In this document: positions 29,564 through 40,651 of the stretch, piece by piece | Layout of the letters: each line of letters opens with the position of its first letter | Position numbering within the stretch: the first letter of the stretch is position 1 | Assembly (NCBI GenBank): GCA_947573965.1 | Contig: CANPHV010000001.1 | Coordinates: 1-57,715 of the forward strand | Length of the DNA: 57,715 nucleotides | From: an uncultured Clostridium sp. | GTDB lineage: Bacteria > Bacillota > Clostridia > TANB77 > CAG-508 | Direction of reading: 5' to 3' | Program-made: the position numbers and the translations under genes | The notes under the pieces: generated by a model | Seen by the model: only the letters and a program-made list of their open reading frames with translations | Database searches by the model: none | What the model was told of the DNA's origin: nothing

Positions 29564-29815
29564 ATGTATATAGTACCAAAGCCAATAAAAATAAAAATAT
29601 TGGAAAACTATAGAATATGGATAAAATTTGAAAATGAAGAAAAGAAAATTATTGACATGAAGAAATACATAAAAGAAAAATTTTATCAAAAGTTAAGAAA
29701 TGAAGAATATTTTAAAAAAGTAAAAATTTTTGAAAATACAATACAATGGGAAAATGGAGAAGACATAGCACCAGAAAACTTATACTATGATAGCATAGCA
29801 GAAAAAGAGATTTAA
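29564..29815 (+). CDS. DUF2442-family protein
   Basis: GGAGGGGG RBS before ATG 29564; small beta-rich protein ending ..QWENGEDIAPENLY; adjacent to the DUF4160 gene. Confidence 0.65.
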   Translation: MYIVPKPIKIKILENYRIWIKFENEEKKIIDMKKYIKEKFYQKLRNEEYFKKVKIFENTIQWENGEDIAPENLYYDSIAEKEI

Positions 29816-29884
29816 ACAACTTTTCACAAACATCAGGAAAATTTGTAAAAAACACTTGAAAAATATTCCAAAATATAGTACAAT

Positions 29885-29911
29885 AGGTATGTCAAAAAGA
29901 CATACCTTTTA
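29885..29911 (+). terminator. hairpin + T-run upstream of rpsO (terminator of the DUF4160/DUF2442 pair or rpsO leader element)
   Basis: 9-bp stem AGGTATGTC/GACATACCT, A5 loop, TTTT; overlaps the predicted +1 of a TTGAAA-17-TACAAT promoter at 29856-29884. Confidence 0.5.
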
Positions 29912-29982
29912 CTTAGCTATAAGAAAAACACCAAAACTTTAAGCTCAGTTTAAGGTCAATAAAAAATAGGAGGTGTAGCGAA

Positions 29983-30246
29983 ATGACAAAGGAAAGAAAA
30001 CAAGAAGTCATTAATACGCATAAAAGAGAAGAAAACGACACAGGTTCACCAGAAGTACAAATCGCTCTTTTAACAGAAAGAATTAATGAACTAACAGAAC
30101 ATCTAAAAATCCATAAAAAAGACAACCACTCAAGAAGAGGTCTTTTAAAAATGGTAGGAAAAAGAAGAAACTTATTAAACTATTTAGCGAAAAAAGATGT
30201 TAACAGATACAGAGAAATCGTTGAAAAATTAGGATTAAGAAAATAA
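29983..30246 (+). CDS. rpsO: 30S ribosomal protein S15
   Basis: 87 aa, [35 protein letters not shown]. Confidence 0.95.
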   Translation: MTKERKQEVINTHKREENDTGSPEVQIALLTERINELTEHLKIHKKDNHSRRGLLKMVGKRRNLLNYLAKKDVNRYREIVEKLGLRK

Positions 30247-30253
30247 TTTTAGC

Positions 30254-30286
30254 AAAGCCCATTGCAGATTTGGCATGGGCTTTTTG
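30254..30286 (+). terminator. intrinsic terminator/attenuator between rpsO and pnp
   Basis: 9-bp stem AAAGCCCAT/ATGGGCTTT followed by a T-run. Confidence 0.8.
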
Positions 30287-30448
30287 TTGATTTATTTTAT
30301 GCTTGGGGTCTATTAGGACAAGCAAAAACGAGCAAGCATTAGGTAAGTAGCTTGTATAAAGTGTTGATAGCAAAACATTTTATAGAGGTTACCATCTAAA
30401 CTTGCTTGGAACAAAAGGGATAGGAATGACCCTCTAATCCCTAAAACA

Positions 30449-30477
30449 GGGATTTTAAGGAACGTCCCTCTAATCCC
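30449..30477. repeat. GGGAC-core hairpin repeat copy in the pnp 5' leader
   Basis: GGGATTTTAAGGAACGTCCCTCTAATCCC, near-identical to arm 2 of the 34080-34150 palindrome. Confidence 0.8.
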
Positions 30478-30499
30478 AGTTAAAGAAGGAGGAAAAATT

Positions 30500-32620
30500 A
30501 TGTTTAAAACATATGAAACAGAACTAGCAGGAAGAAAGCTAGTAATCGAAACAGGAAAGATGGCAGGTTTAGCAAATGGAAGTGTATTGGTACGTTATGG
30601 AGATACTTGTGTATTAGTTAATGTAACAGCTTCTAAAGAGCCAAGAGAAGGAATTGATTTCTTCCCATTATCTGTAGATTTTGAAGAAAAATTATATTCC
30701 GTTGGAAAAATTCCAGGAGGTTTCTTAAAAAGAGAAGGAAAACCAAGTGATAAAGCAATTTTGACTTCAAGAGCCATTGATAGACCATTAAGACCACTTT
30801 TTCCAAAAGATTTTAGAAATGATGTAGTAGTAGTAGGAACTGTACTTTGCGTAGAACAAGATAATTCACCAGAAGTAGCAGCCATGATAGGAGCAGCAGC
30901 AGCATTGGCTATTTCTGATATTCCATTTAATGGACCAACAGCAGCCGTTAACGTTGGTTTAGTAGAGGGGAAAATTGTTATCAATCCAACTGTAGAAGAA
31001 AGAGAAAAAAGTGATTTAACTTTAACCGTAGCAGCAACCGAAAAGAAAATTACCATGATTGAAGCAGGAGCCAACGAAGTGCCAGATGCTACTATGTTAA
31101 AGGCGATTAAAGAAGCACACAAAGAAATTAAAAAGATTTGTAAATTTATCAGTAAAATGCAAAAAGAAATAGGAAAACCAAAATTCGAATATAAATCTTT
31201 TGAAGTTGACCATGAAGTTTATGAATTGATAGAAAGTAATTTCCAAGAGGAAATGAAAGAAAAAGTACAAGAACAAGACAAAGAAACCAGAGACAAAAAT
31301 ATCGACGAATTAACCAAAAAAATCGAAGAAGCTTACACCGAAAAAATGGGAGAAGAAGCCTTTGAAGAACACAAAAAAGACATAGCAGAAGCAATCTACA
31401 AGTTAGAGAAAAAATGTGTAAGAGAAATGATTTACTTTGAACATAAAAGGGTGGATGGAAGAAAACTAGATGAAATTAGACCATTATCTTGTGAAGTAGG
31501 ATTACTTCCAAGAACACATGGCAGTAGCTTATTTACAAGAGGACAAACCCAAGTAATGTCCATTGCTACCTTAGGAATGATAAGTGAAGAACAAGTATTA
31601 GATGGAATTGATACCGAAGAGTCTAAAAGATATATGCATCATTATAACTTCCCAAGTTACTCAGTAGGAGAAGCAAGGCCAAGCAGAGGACCAGGAAGAA
31701 GAGAAGTAGGACATGGAGCTTTAGCAGAAAAAGCCTTAGTACCAGTCTTGCCATCAAAAGAAGAATTTCCATATGCCATAAGAGTGGTATCAGAAGTATT
31801 ATCTTCAAATGGTTCAACTTCACAAGCAAGTATTTGTGGAAGTACCTTATCTTTAATGGATGCAGGTGTACCAATCAAAAGACCAGTAGCAGGTATCTCA
31901 ACAGGATTAGTAACCAATCCAGAAAAAGATGACGACTATGTAATGCTAGTAGACATTCAAGGACTAGAAGACTTCTTTGGTGATATGGACTTTAAAGTAG
32001 GTGGAACTTCAGAAGGAATTACAGCCATTCAAGTAGACATTAAATGCGATGGTTTAACCTATGACATTATTAAAGAAGCATTTGAAAAAACGAAAAAAGC
32101 AAGACAACACATTTTAGAGGACATTATGGCACCAGTGATAGAGAAACCAAGAGAAGACGTATCTAAATATGCACCAAGAATAGTAAGTACACAAATTAAA
32201 GTAGATAAAATTAAAGACGTTATCGGACCAGGTGGAAAAATGATTAATAAAATCATTGAAGAAACAGGTGTAAAAATCGATATTGAAGAAGATGGCCAAG
32301 TATTTATCTATTCAAATGACAACGAAAAAGCAATTCAAGCTTTAGAAATGGTAGAAGATATCGTAAGAGAAGTTGAAGTTGGTGGAATTTACTATGGAGA
32401 AGTTGTACGTCTAATGAACTTTGGAGCTTTTGTTGATTTGGGATGTGGTGGAAAAGAAGGATTAGTGCACATTTCTAAAATATCCAAAGAAAGAATTAAA
32501 AATATTGAAGATGTTCTTCATGTAGGCGACATGGTAACAGTTAAGGTTATTGGTATTGATGACCAAGATAGAATTAACTTAAGTATGTTAGACTTTGCTG
32601 AGCCAAAAAGTGAAGAATAA
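30500..32620 (+). CDS. pnp: polyribonucleotide nucleotidyltransferase (PNPase)
   Basis: 706 aa; two RNase PH domains, KH (VIGPGGKMINKI) and S1 (GEVVRLMNFGAFVDL) domains. Confidence 0.95.
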   Translation: MFKTYETELAGRKLVIETGKMAGLANGSVLVRYGDTCVLVNVTASKEPREGIDFFPLSVDFEEKLYSVGKIPGGFLKREGKPSDKAILTSRAIDRPLRPLFPKDFRNDVVVVGTVLCVEQDNSPEVAAMIGAAAALAISDIPFNGPTAAVNVGLVEGKIVINPTVEEREKSDLTLTVAATEKKITMIEAGANEVPDATMLKAIKEAHKEIKKICKFISKMQKEIGKPKFEYKSFEVDHEVYELIESNFQEEMKEKVQEQDKETRDKNIDELTKKIEEAYTEKMGEEAFEEHKKDIAEAIYKLEKKCVREMIYFEHKRVDGRKLDEIRPLSCEVGLLPRTHGSSLFTRGQTQVMSIATLGMISEEQVLDGIDTEESKRYMHHYNFPSYSVGEARPSRGPGRREVGHGALAEKALVPVLPSKEEFPYAIRVVSEVLSSNGSTSQASICGSTLSLMDAGVPIKRPVAGISTGLVTNPEKDDDYVMLVDIQGLEDFFGDMDFKVGGTSEGITAIQVDIKCDGLTYDIIKEAFEKTKKARQHILEDIMAPVIEKPREDVSKYAPRIVSTQIKVDKIKDVIGPGGKMINKIIEETGVKIDIEEDGQVFIYSNDNEKAIQALEMVEDIVREVEVGGIYYGEVVRLMNFGAFVDLGCGGKEGLVHISKISKERIKNIEDVLHVGDMVTVKVIGIDDQDRINLSMLDFAEPKSEE

Positions 32621-32637
32621 ACATATAAAAGAGCAAA

Positions 32638-32666
32638 AATGGTAATGAAAAAGCATTGCCATTTTT
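32638..32666 (+). terminator. intrinsic terminator after pnp
   Basis: 10-bp stem AATGGTAATG/CATTGCCATT (one G-U) followed by T5. Confidence 0.8.
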
Positions 32667-32731
32667 AACATTTTATATAGTTGCTAATTTTAGTAAAATC
32701 ATATATAATAGTTGAGGGGAGGAAAGAGAAA

Positions 32732-34080
32732 ATGGAGCAAAAACAAACCAGAAAAAAGCATAGAATAAGTTATTACCTATCGCTAGCCATTTTATTGGTC
32801 ATATTATTTTTTGCTTACCAATACTACCAACAAAACAACTTCAATGACTTTGTAAGAAGCGAAACAAAGCTATATACCTCTCAATTTACAAGAGACAAAC
32901 AAATCAAATATGAAGGAAAAAGAAGTTACAAAATAGAAAATCCAGAATACAACGATGCTATGTTCTACAAAAAAGTAGCAGTTAAGAAAAATCAACCTTA
33001 TAAAGTAACCTGTATGGTAAAAACAAATAACATACAAGCAAAGGAAGAAACAGCAGGGGTAGGAGCTGGACTTGCTGTGGAAGGAACTACAGAGAGGTCA
33101 GTTTCTATAACTGGAACGCAGGATTGGCAAAAAATAGAATTAATATTTAACAGTAAAGATAGAGAAGAAATAAACATAGGAGCCAGATTAGGTGGAAACT
33201 TAGGTGAAGCGAAAGGCGAAGCTTGGTTCTCAGACTTTAGAATGGAAGAAGGCATTGCAGAACAAAACAACACATGGAAATTTGCTTGTTACATCTTTAA
33301 AAACACAGACGTAACCATCAATAATAAAAGAATTCAATTAGAGGTAACGCGGAAATGACGTAAAAGACATCAATAATACCATCAATTTATTTGAGACCTC
33401 TTGCAGTACCCTATCCAACAGAAAAATGATGGCAGAATGTGATATATACCAAATAGACACACCATTAACACAATTATCCTATGATGAAGAATTTGGTTAC
33501 TTTGTATCAGCAGAAAATGTAGAAAACTATATCAAAGATACAGTATCCACTCATAACTATGACCATATCTTTGTCATCGTAAGACTTCGGAGACGAAGAA
33601 CACCAAAACGATATCGAAGTAAATGACTGGATAGGTTTAGGTTCTATGGATTATTATGGAATAGGATTTTCCAATATCCGATTACCAAACGATTCAAGAA
33701 GTTATATTTACAAATATGATAGAAGAATTAATACCTTTCCAGAAGAAGTGTTTTTACATGAATTTCTACATTCTTTAGAAAGAAATGCAAAAGAATATGG
33801 TTATAGCAGACCAGAACTACACGATTATGAAAAATATGGTTATCAAAACGAAATCATGATAGGACAAAAGAAATGGTACACCGACTACATGAACAAAAAC
33901 ATAAACACCACAAGTGGGAAAATAGGATTACCACCAGAAATTTATAACTTAAAACCAGCCAAAAAAAGCAACTTTGAATATTCTTATACAATGAAAGAAG
34001 TCTTCAAAGAACCAGAAAATATCATAGAAGAAATGCGAGAATTGATGGAGAATATAGTTAGAAAATTCAAAAGGGATTAG
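32732..34080 (+). CDS. membrane-anchored protein with carbohydrate-binding-module-like domain and HExxH motif; needs two +1 events (CGG 33350-33352, 33588-33590)
   Basis: GAGGGGAGG RBS; TM helix YYLSLAILLVILFFAY; CBM-like segment YKVTCMVK..GTQDWQKIELIF..GEAWFSDFRME; C-terminal VFLHEFLHSLE; pieces are track ORFs 32681..33358, 33426..33626, 33646..34080. Confidence 0.7.
33350..33352 (+). other. in-frame CGG / +1 frame-break site
   Basis: ACG CGG AAA TGA; ACG (C) GGA AAT GAC continues into the frame of track ORF 33426. Confidence 0.75.
33588..33590 (+). other. in-frame CGG / +1 frame-break site
   Basis: CTT CGG AGA ...; CTT (C) GGA GAC GAA GAA continues into the frame of track ORF 33646. Confidence 0.75.
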
Positions 34081-34150
34081 GGATTAGGGGACGTTCCTTA
34101 AAATCCCTTATTCCCAGAAACAGGGATTTTAAGGAACGTCCCCTAATCCC
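34080..34150. repeat. perfect 28-bp inverted repeat (GGGAC-core hairpin pair) starting at the stop codon of the HExxH gene
   Basis: arm 34080-34107 GGGATTAGGGGACGTTCCTTAAAATCCC is the exact reverse complement of arm 34123-34150; 15-nt spacer. Confidence 0.9.
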
Positions 34151-34187
34151 TGCTAATCTCTATTGTAGAAAAGGTAGAAGTTAAAAA

Positions 34188-35209
34188 ATGAAGTATAAGA
34201 TTTTAATTATGAGCTACCAGAAGAACTAATTGCACAAACACCAATTGAAAAAAGAGACCAATCAAGACTAATGGTTTTAAATAAAGAAAAACAAACCATA
34301 GAACACAGGACATTCCACAATATTATTGACTATTTAGAACCAGGAGATGTTTTAGTTAGAAATAATACTAAAGTAATACCAGCACGATTATATGGGAAAA
34401 AAGAAACAGGAGCTAATGTTGAATTCTTATTGCTAAATAATATCGAGGGGGACATATGGGAATGTATTGTAAGACCAGGAAATAAGCTTCATGTAGGAAC
34501 GAAGGTTAGTTTTGGAGAAGGGATACTAAAAGCAGAAATATTAGAAATTATGCCAGGAGGAACCAGAAAAGTAGTATTCCAGTATCAAGGGATTTTTAAT
34601 GAAATTTTAGACCAAATAGGACTTATGCCATTACCACCTTATATTCATGAAGAATTAAAACAAAAAGATAGATACCAAACGGTTTATGCTAAATTTAATG
34701 GCTCAGCAGCAGCTCCAACAGCTGGCTTGCACTTTACAGAAGAACTATTAAAACAATTAGAAGAAAAAGGAATTATTATTGCCAATGTTACTTTGCATGT
34801 TGGGATTGGAACTTTTCGACCAGTAAAAGAGGAAACAGTAGAGGCACATGAAATGCATTCCGAACATTATTATCTAAAACAAGAAGATGCCGACAAAATT
34901 AACCAAGCAAAACAAAAAGGAAAAAGAGTCATTGCTGTTGGAACTACTTCTTGTAGGGTACTAGAAACGGTGGCAGAAAAAACAGGAAAAGTAAAAGAAA
35001 CAGAAGGAGATACCGAGATTTTTATTTATCCAGGCTATTCCTTTAAAATATTAGATGGGTTAATTACCAATTTTCATTTGCCACAATCAACGTTATTAAT
35101 GTTAGTATCTGCGTTAGCAGGAAAAGAATATATGATGAAAGCATACCAGGAAGCAGTCAAAGAAAAATATCGTTTCTTTAGTTTTGGCGATGCTATGTTC
35201 ATCCAATAA
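34188..35209 (+). CDS. queA: S-adenosylmethionine:tRNA ribosyltransferase-isomerase; N-terminal frame break of a different (-1) type
   Basis: conserved [24 protein letters not shown] is read in the frame of track ORF 34271..35209, but the only upstream ATG (34188, MKYK) is in another frame and a TAA sits directly before GAT. Confidence 0.8.
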
Positions 35210-36358
<1,149 letters not shown>

Positions 36359-36370
36359 TGGAGGTATAGC

Positions 36371-37963
36371 ATGAATTTAATTGAAGAAAGCTTTCAAACG
36401 AAAGAAGAAAAGAAAAAAAAGAGAACTACAAAAATTGTATTAGCTGCCATCATTGTAGTAGTGCTAATTATTATTGGTATCATAAGTTACTTAATGTATA
36501 TACAAAGTACAGTTATGAGACTATTTATAGATGGACAAGAAAATGAAAAACTAAAAAATATATTAGTATTTGAAGAAGATGGAACGATATATGCACCGAT
36601 TAAAGAAATTGCAACTTATTTGGGATATGAGAGCTTTAATGGGGAATATAGCGAAAAATCAGAACAGCAAAGCAAATGCTATGTGCAAAGTGAAAATGAA
36701 ATAGCTAATTTTGAATTAGGAGAAAATAAAATATACAAATTAGATCTAGCTAAAAAGGATGCAGATTATGAATATGTCTATTTGAAAAAGCCAGTAAAAG
36801 CAATTAATGGAGCGCTATATGTAACTACAGAAGGACTAGAGAAAGCTTTTAACATCAGTTTTGATTATCAACAAGATAATAATCGAATTATTATCTATAC
36901 CTTGCCATATCTATATCAATTTTATGCAAATCAAGTATTAGATTATGGTTATGCAGAATTAAGTAAAGAATTTGTAAATCAAAAAGCAATTTTAAATGAC
37001 CAATTAATTGTAGAAAAAGTAAAAGGACAATATGGTGTAATCAATACAGAAGGAACAGCTATTTTAGAAGCAAAATACAATAATATTACCTATCTTCCAA
37101 CCACGGGGGATTTTCTAGTAGAAGATAATAAAAAAGTTGGGATTATGTCAGCTAAGAGAGAAACAAAAGTGCAAATTATATATGATAGTATTGAACTAAT
37201 GGATAGTGATTCTGGTTTGTATGTTGTAAAAAGAGAAAATCGATATGGTGTAATTGATGTTAGAGGAAACACCAAAATATATATTGAAAATGATGAAATT
37301 GGAATGGATATTTCAAAATTTGCACAAAACAATATTAAAAGTAAATATATCTTAGCAGGTAACTTAATACCAGTTAGAAAAGACAAGCTATGGGCTTTAT
37401 ATGATAAAAGTGGAAATCAACTAACAGAATACAAATATGACAGATTTGGTTATATTGCTTCTAATAATAGAGAAGCACTAAATTTATTGGTGATTCCAAA
37501 TTACAATGTATTGGTTGCTTTAAAAGATGAGAAATATACATTAATTAATTCGTCAGGAGATGAAATTATTGCAACTGTAGCTGATGACATTTATATGACG
37601 ATAGCAGGTGGAGAGAAACACTATTATATTACAGTAAATGACCAAAGAATCGATGCAGAAGAATGGATGAATGTAAATGCACCTTCTATTCATACCGATA
37701 ATACAAACAATCAAGCAGGAAATAATAATACCAATAATCAAGAACAACAAAATGATAACCGCCAAGAAACAAATCCAAACAATAATCAGGAGAATGACAA
37801 CGATAATGAGGGACAACAAGAAACTAATAATAATGACAATGGCGAAGAACAGCCAAATGGTAATGAAAATGAAGAAGAACAACGAGACAATAATGTTGAT
37901 GAGGAAAATCAAAATAATGAAGAGCAACAAAATAATGAGAATCCAGAAGAAAATCAAGAGTAG
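36371..37963 (+). CDS. membrane-anchored protein with stalk-like domain, WG/KWG-type repeats and N/Q/E-rich tail
   Basis: TM helix; repeats GQYGVINTEGTAILEAKYNNI, NRYGVIDVRGNTKIY, KLWALYDKSGNQLTEYKYD; roughly the last 90 aa are almost only N, Q, E and D. Confidence 0.65.
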   Translation: MNLIEESFQTKEEKKKKRTTKIVLAAIIVVVLIIIGIISYLMYIQSTVMRLFIDGQENEKLKNILVFEEDGTIYAPIKEIATYLGYESFNGEYSEKSEQQSKCYVQSENEIANFELGENKIYKLDLAKKDADYEYVYLKKPVKAINGALYVTTEGLEKAFNISFDYQQDNNRIIIYTLPYLYQFYANQVLDYGYAELSKEFVNQKAILNDQLIVEKVKGQYGVINTEGTAILEAKYNNITYLPTTGDFLVEDNKKVGIMSAKRETKVQIIYDSIELMDSDSGLYVVKRENRYGVIDVRGNTKIYIENDEIGMDISKFAQNNIKSKYILAGNLIPVRKDKLWALYDKSGNQLTEYKYDRFGYIASNNREALNLLVIPNYNVLVALKDEKYTLINSSGDEIIATVADDIYMTIAGGEKHYYITVNDQRIDAEEWMNVNAPSIHTDNTNNQAGNNNTNNQEQQNDNRQETNPNNNQENDNDNEGQQETNNNDNGEEQPNGNENEEEQRDNNVDEENQNNEEQQNNENPEENQE

Positions 37964-37969
37964 ATAAAA

Positions 37970-38000
37970 AGGATTTAGGGTAAAACCTAGATTCTTTTTT
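37970..38000 (+). terminator. intrinsic terminator
   Basis: 10-bp stem AGGATTTAGG/CCTAGATTCT (two G-U pairs), 6-nt loop, T6. Confidence 0.7.
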
Positions 38001-38204
38001 ATATTGTAGGTAAGTTCTCCTAGTAGAAGAACTTTCATGACAAGAAATTACAAAATATTTAAGAATAAAGTTTGAAAAAAATAAAAAAAATCGTAAAAAG
38101 CATTTACATTTTTTGAAAAGTTGGATACAATGTAAAAAGATGAAGAAAAAAGTCAAAAAAGAGAAAAACAACAAAAGAAAATAAAAAAGGAAGGAAGTAC
38201 ATCC

Positions 38205-39497
38205 ATGAAAATATTAATGTTAACATGGGAATATCCACCAAGAGTGGTAGGAGGGATTGCAAGAGTTGTCTATGATTTATCAAGAACCCTATTAAAAGAC
38301 GGACATGATGTAACCGTAGTAACTTATCGAGATGGAGACGCTCCCTATTTTGAAGACGATAAAGGAGTAAAAGTATATCGAGTAGACAACTATATGATAA
38401 ATCCAAATAATTTTATCGATTGGGTTATGCAAATGAACTTTAATATGTTAGCTAAAGCCAATGAAATTATAGCAGAGCAAGGAAAATTTGATGTTATCCA
38501 TGCTCATGATTGGCTAGTAGCTTATAGTGCTAAAACCCTAAAAAACTCTTACAATATACCAATTGTATCTACCATTCACGCAACCGAAGCAGGAAGAAAC
38601 AGTGGAATACATGATGAGCAACAAAGATACATTAATGATACAGAATGGATGTTAACATACGAATCAGCAGAAGTAATTGTAAACAGTAATTATATGAAAA
38701 GTGAATTACAAAGACTATTTGGACTGCCTTACGAAAAAATCAATGTAGTACCAAATGGTGTAAACATGAATTTGTTTAATGGAATAGAAAGAGACTATGA
38801 TTTCAGAAGAAAATATGCTATGGACAATGAAAAAATAATCTTGTTTATGGGAAGATTAGTCTATGAAAAAGGAATACAACATTTAATTTCAGCCATGCCT
38901 AAAATCTTAGCAGGATATCATGATGCCAAACTCGTAATTTGTGGAAAAGGTGGCATGATAGATGAATTAAAACAACAAGTAAGTAGTATGGGAATTGGCA
39001 ACAAAGTATATTTTGCAGGATATATGAATGGAAAAGACGTACAGAAAATGTACAAAGCAGCCGATGTAGCAGTCTTTCCAAGTACCTATGAACCATTTGG
39101 AATCGTAGCCTTAGAAGCCATGTTATCCGAAAATCCAATTGTCGTATCAGACATTGGAGGATTAAACGAAATTGTGGAACATAGAGTAAATGGAATGAAA
39201 GCCTATTGTGGAAATGCTAATTCCTTAGCAGATTCCATCCTAGAATTATTATATGACCACAAACTTTGCAGTGAAATTACCAAGAAAGCAAAAAATAAAG
39301 TAAGAAATCAATACAACTGGAGCAAAATTGCACAAGATACCCATTTTACCTATCAAAAAGCAATTTGTCAATCTATGGCAGAAAAACAAAAACGTGAGTT
39401 AGAACAAGAAAGAGCTAGAAAAACCAAAAAAGCAAAAAATACAGAAAACGAAATCACCAACTTACTTAGCTTTAAAAAACGTCAAGCTTATGCTTAG
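38205..39497 (+). CDS. GT4-family glycosyltransferase
   Basis: MKILMLTWEYPPRVVGGI, HAHDW and EPFGIVALEAM motifs; basic C-terminal extension. Confidence 0.8.
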   Translation: MKILMLTWEYPPRVVGGIARVVYDLSRTLLKDGHDVTVVTYRDGDAPYFEDDKGVKVYRVDNYMINPNNFIDWVMQMNFNMLAKANEIIAEQGKFDVIHAHDWLVAYSAKTLKNSYNIPIVSTIHATEAGRNSGIHDEQQRYINDTEWMLTYESAEVIVNSNYMKSELQRLFGLPYEKINVVPNGVNMNLFNGIERDYDFRRKYAMDNEKIILFMGRLVYEKGIQHLISAMPKILAGYHDAKLVICGKGGMIDELKQQVSSMGIGNKVYFAGYMNGKDVQKMYKAADVAVFPSTYEPFGIVALEAMLSENPIVVSDIGGLNEIVEHRVNGMKAYCGNANSLADSILELLYDHKLCSEITKKAKNKVRNQYNWSKIAQDTHFTYQKAICQSMAEKQKRELEQERARKTKKAKNTENEITNLLSFKKRQAYA

Positions 39498-39506
39498 AAT
39501 AGAAAA

Positions 39507-39545
39507 AAGAAGATTAACAATTCAAAATGCTAATCTTCTTTTTTA
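39507..39545 (+). terminator. intrinsic terminator
   Basis: 10-bp stem AAGAAGATTA/TAATCTTCTT followed by T6. Confidence 0.8.
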
Positions 39546-39630
39546 AATTTAATAAAAAAATAAAAAAAATTTCAAATTCTACAAATTTAGCAAAAAAATA
39601 GTGTATAATAGAAATGAAGTGGTCATTTTT

Positions 39631-39695
39631 GGGTCATTCTGGGACAGGCACAACGTGACCATTATGGTCACGTTGTGCCTGTCCCAGAATGACCC
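39631..39695. repeat. perfect 65-bp palindrome (GGGAC-core family) in the era upstream region
   Basis: 32-nt arm GGGTCATTCTGGGACAGGCACAACGTGACCAT, a central T, then the exact reverse complement; a TATAAT box lies at 39604-39609. Confidence 0.9.
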
Positions 39696-39727
39696 ATCCC
39701 AGAATGAACTCAAAAAGGAGAAAAAGT

Positions 39728-40642
39728 ATGAAAAAAGAAGAAAAAGAATTCAAATCAGGATTTGTAACATTAATAGGACGAACAAACGTCGGAAAATCAA
39801 CTTTATTAAACTTGCTAGTGGGAGAAAAAGTAGCGGCCATTGCTAATAAAGTGCAAACAACAAGAACAGCCATTAAGGGAATTGTGAACCGAAAAAAAAG
39901 TCAAATTGTTTTTATTGATACACCAGGTATTCACAAACCAAAAACCAAATTAAATGAAACAATGGTTGAAACCTCATTTTTAAGCATCCCTGATAGTGAT
40001 ATTGTTTTATTCTTAATTGAAGCAACCAGCACTGAAATTGGACGAGGAGATAGCATTATATTAGAGAAAATAAAAGAGGCAAAAAGAAAGACGATTTTAC
40101 TTATCAATAAAATAGATTTAGTAAAAAGAGAAACCCTTTTGAATTTAATTGATATTTATAGGAAAGAATATAACTTTGAAGCAGTAATTCCTATTTCTGC
40201 TACCAATAGCAAATATAAAGAAATTATTTTAGAAGAAATAGAAAAGAACTTAAAACCAGGTCCAGCATATTATGATATAGAAGAATATACAGACCAGACT
40301 TTGCGCCAATTAGCAGAAGAAACGATTCGAGAGAAAGCATTAAAACTGTTACAAGACGAAGTGCCACATGGAATTTATGTTGAAGTAGAAAAAATGAAAC
40401 AACGAAAGAACAAGCAAAAAGAAGAAATTTGTGATATCGAAGCAACTATCTATTGTTTAAGAGAATCGCATAAAGGGATTATCATAGGAAAAAATGGAGA
40501 AATGTTAAAACGAATTGGGAGAGCGGCTCGAATTGACATGGAAGAGAATTTTGGGTTAAAAATTAATTTGAAAACATGGGTTAAAGTAAAAGAAGACTGG
40601 CAATCTAACGATGCAATTGTGAACAAATTCAAATTAAAATAG
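39728..40642 (+). CDS. era: GTPase Era
   Basis: G1 GRTNVGKST, G3 DTPG, G4 NKID, C-terminal KH domain; AAAGGAG RBS before ATG 39728 (track start 39689 lies inside the palindrome). Confidence 0.9.
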   Translation: MKKEEKEFKSGFVTLIGRTNVGKSTLLNLLVGEKVAAIANKVQTTRTAIKGIVNRKKSQIVFIDTPGIHKPKTKLNETMVETSFLSIPDSDIVLFLIEATSTEIGRGDSIILEKIKEAKRKTILLINKIDLVKRETLLNLIDIYRKEYNFEAVIPISATNSKYKEIILEEIEKNLKPGPAYYDIEEYTDQTLRQLAEETIREKALKLLQDEVPHGIYVEVEKMKQRKNKQKEEICDIEATIYCLRESHKGIIIGKNGEMLKRIGRAARIDMEENFGLKINLKTWVKVKEDWQSNDAIVNKFKLK

Positions 40643-40651
40643 GGTGAAATA

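Noticed and set aside
29856-29911. A simple rpsO promoter-plus-leader interpretation
   Set aside because: The TTGAAA-17-TACAAT match would start transcription inside the left arm of the 29885-29907 hairpin, so promoter and hairpin cannot both function as first assumed. They are reported only at low confidence.
37553-38174. ORFs 37553..38038-, 37677..37967+ and 37824..38174- around the N/Q/E-rich tail
   Set aside because: They are artefacts of the low-complexity A-rich repeat. The + strand frame continuous with the WG-repeat protein is the coherent one.
39601-39873. ORFs 39601..39846+, 39634..39873- and the extended era start at 39689
   Set aside because: They run through the perfect 65-bp palindrome, and mirror-image peptides appear on both strands. 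The ATG at 39728 has a proper RBS and gives a normal Era N-terminus.
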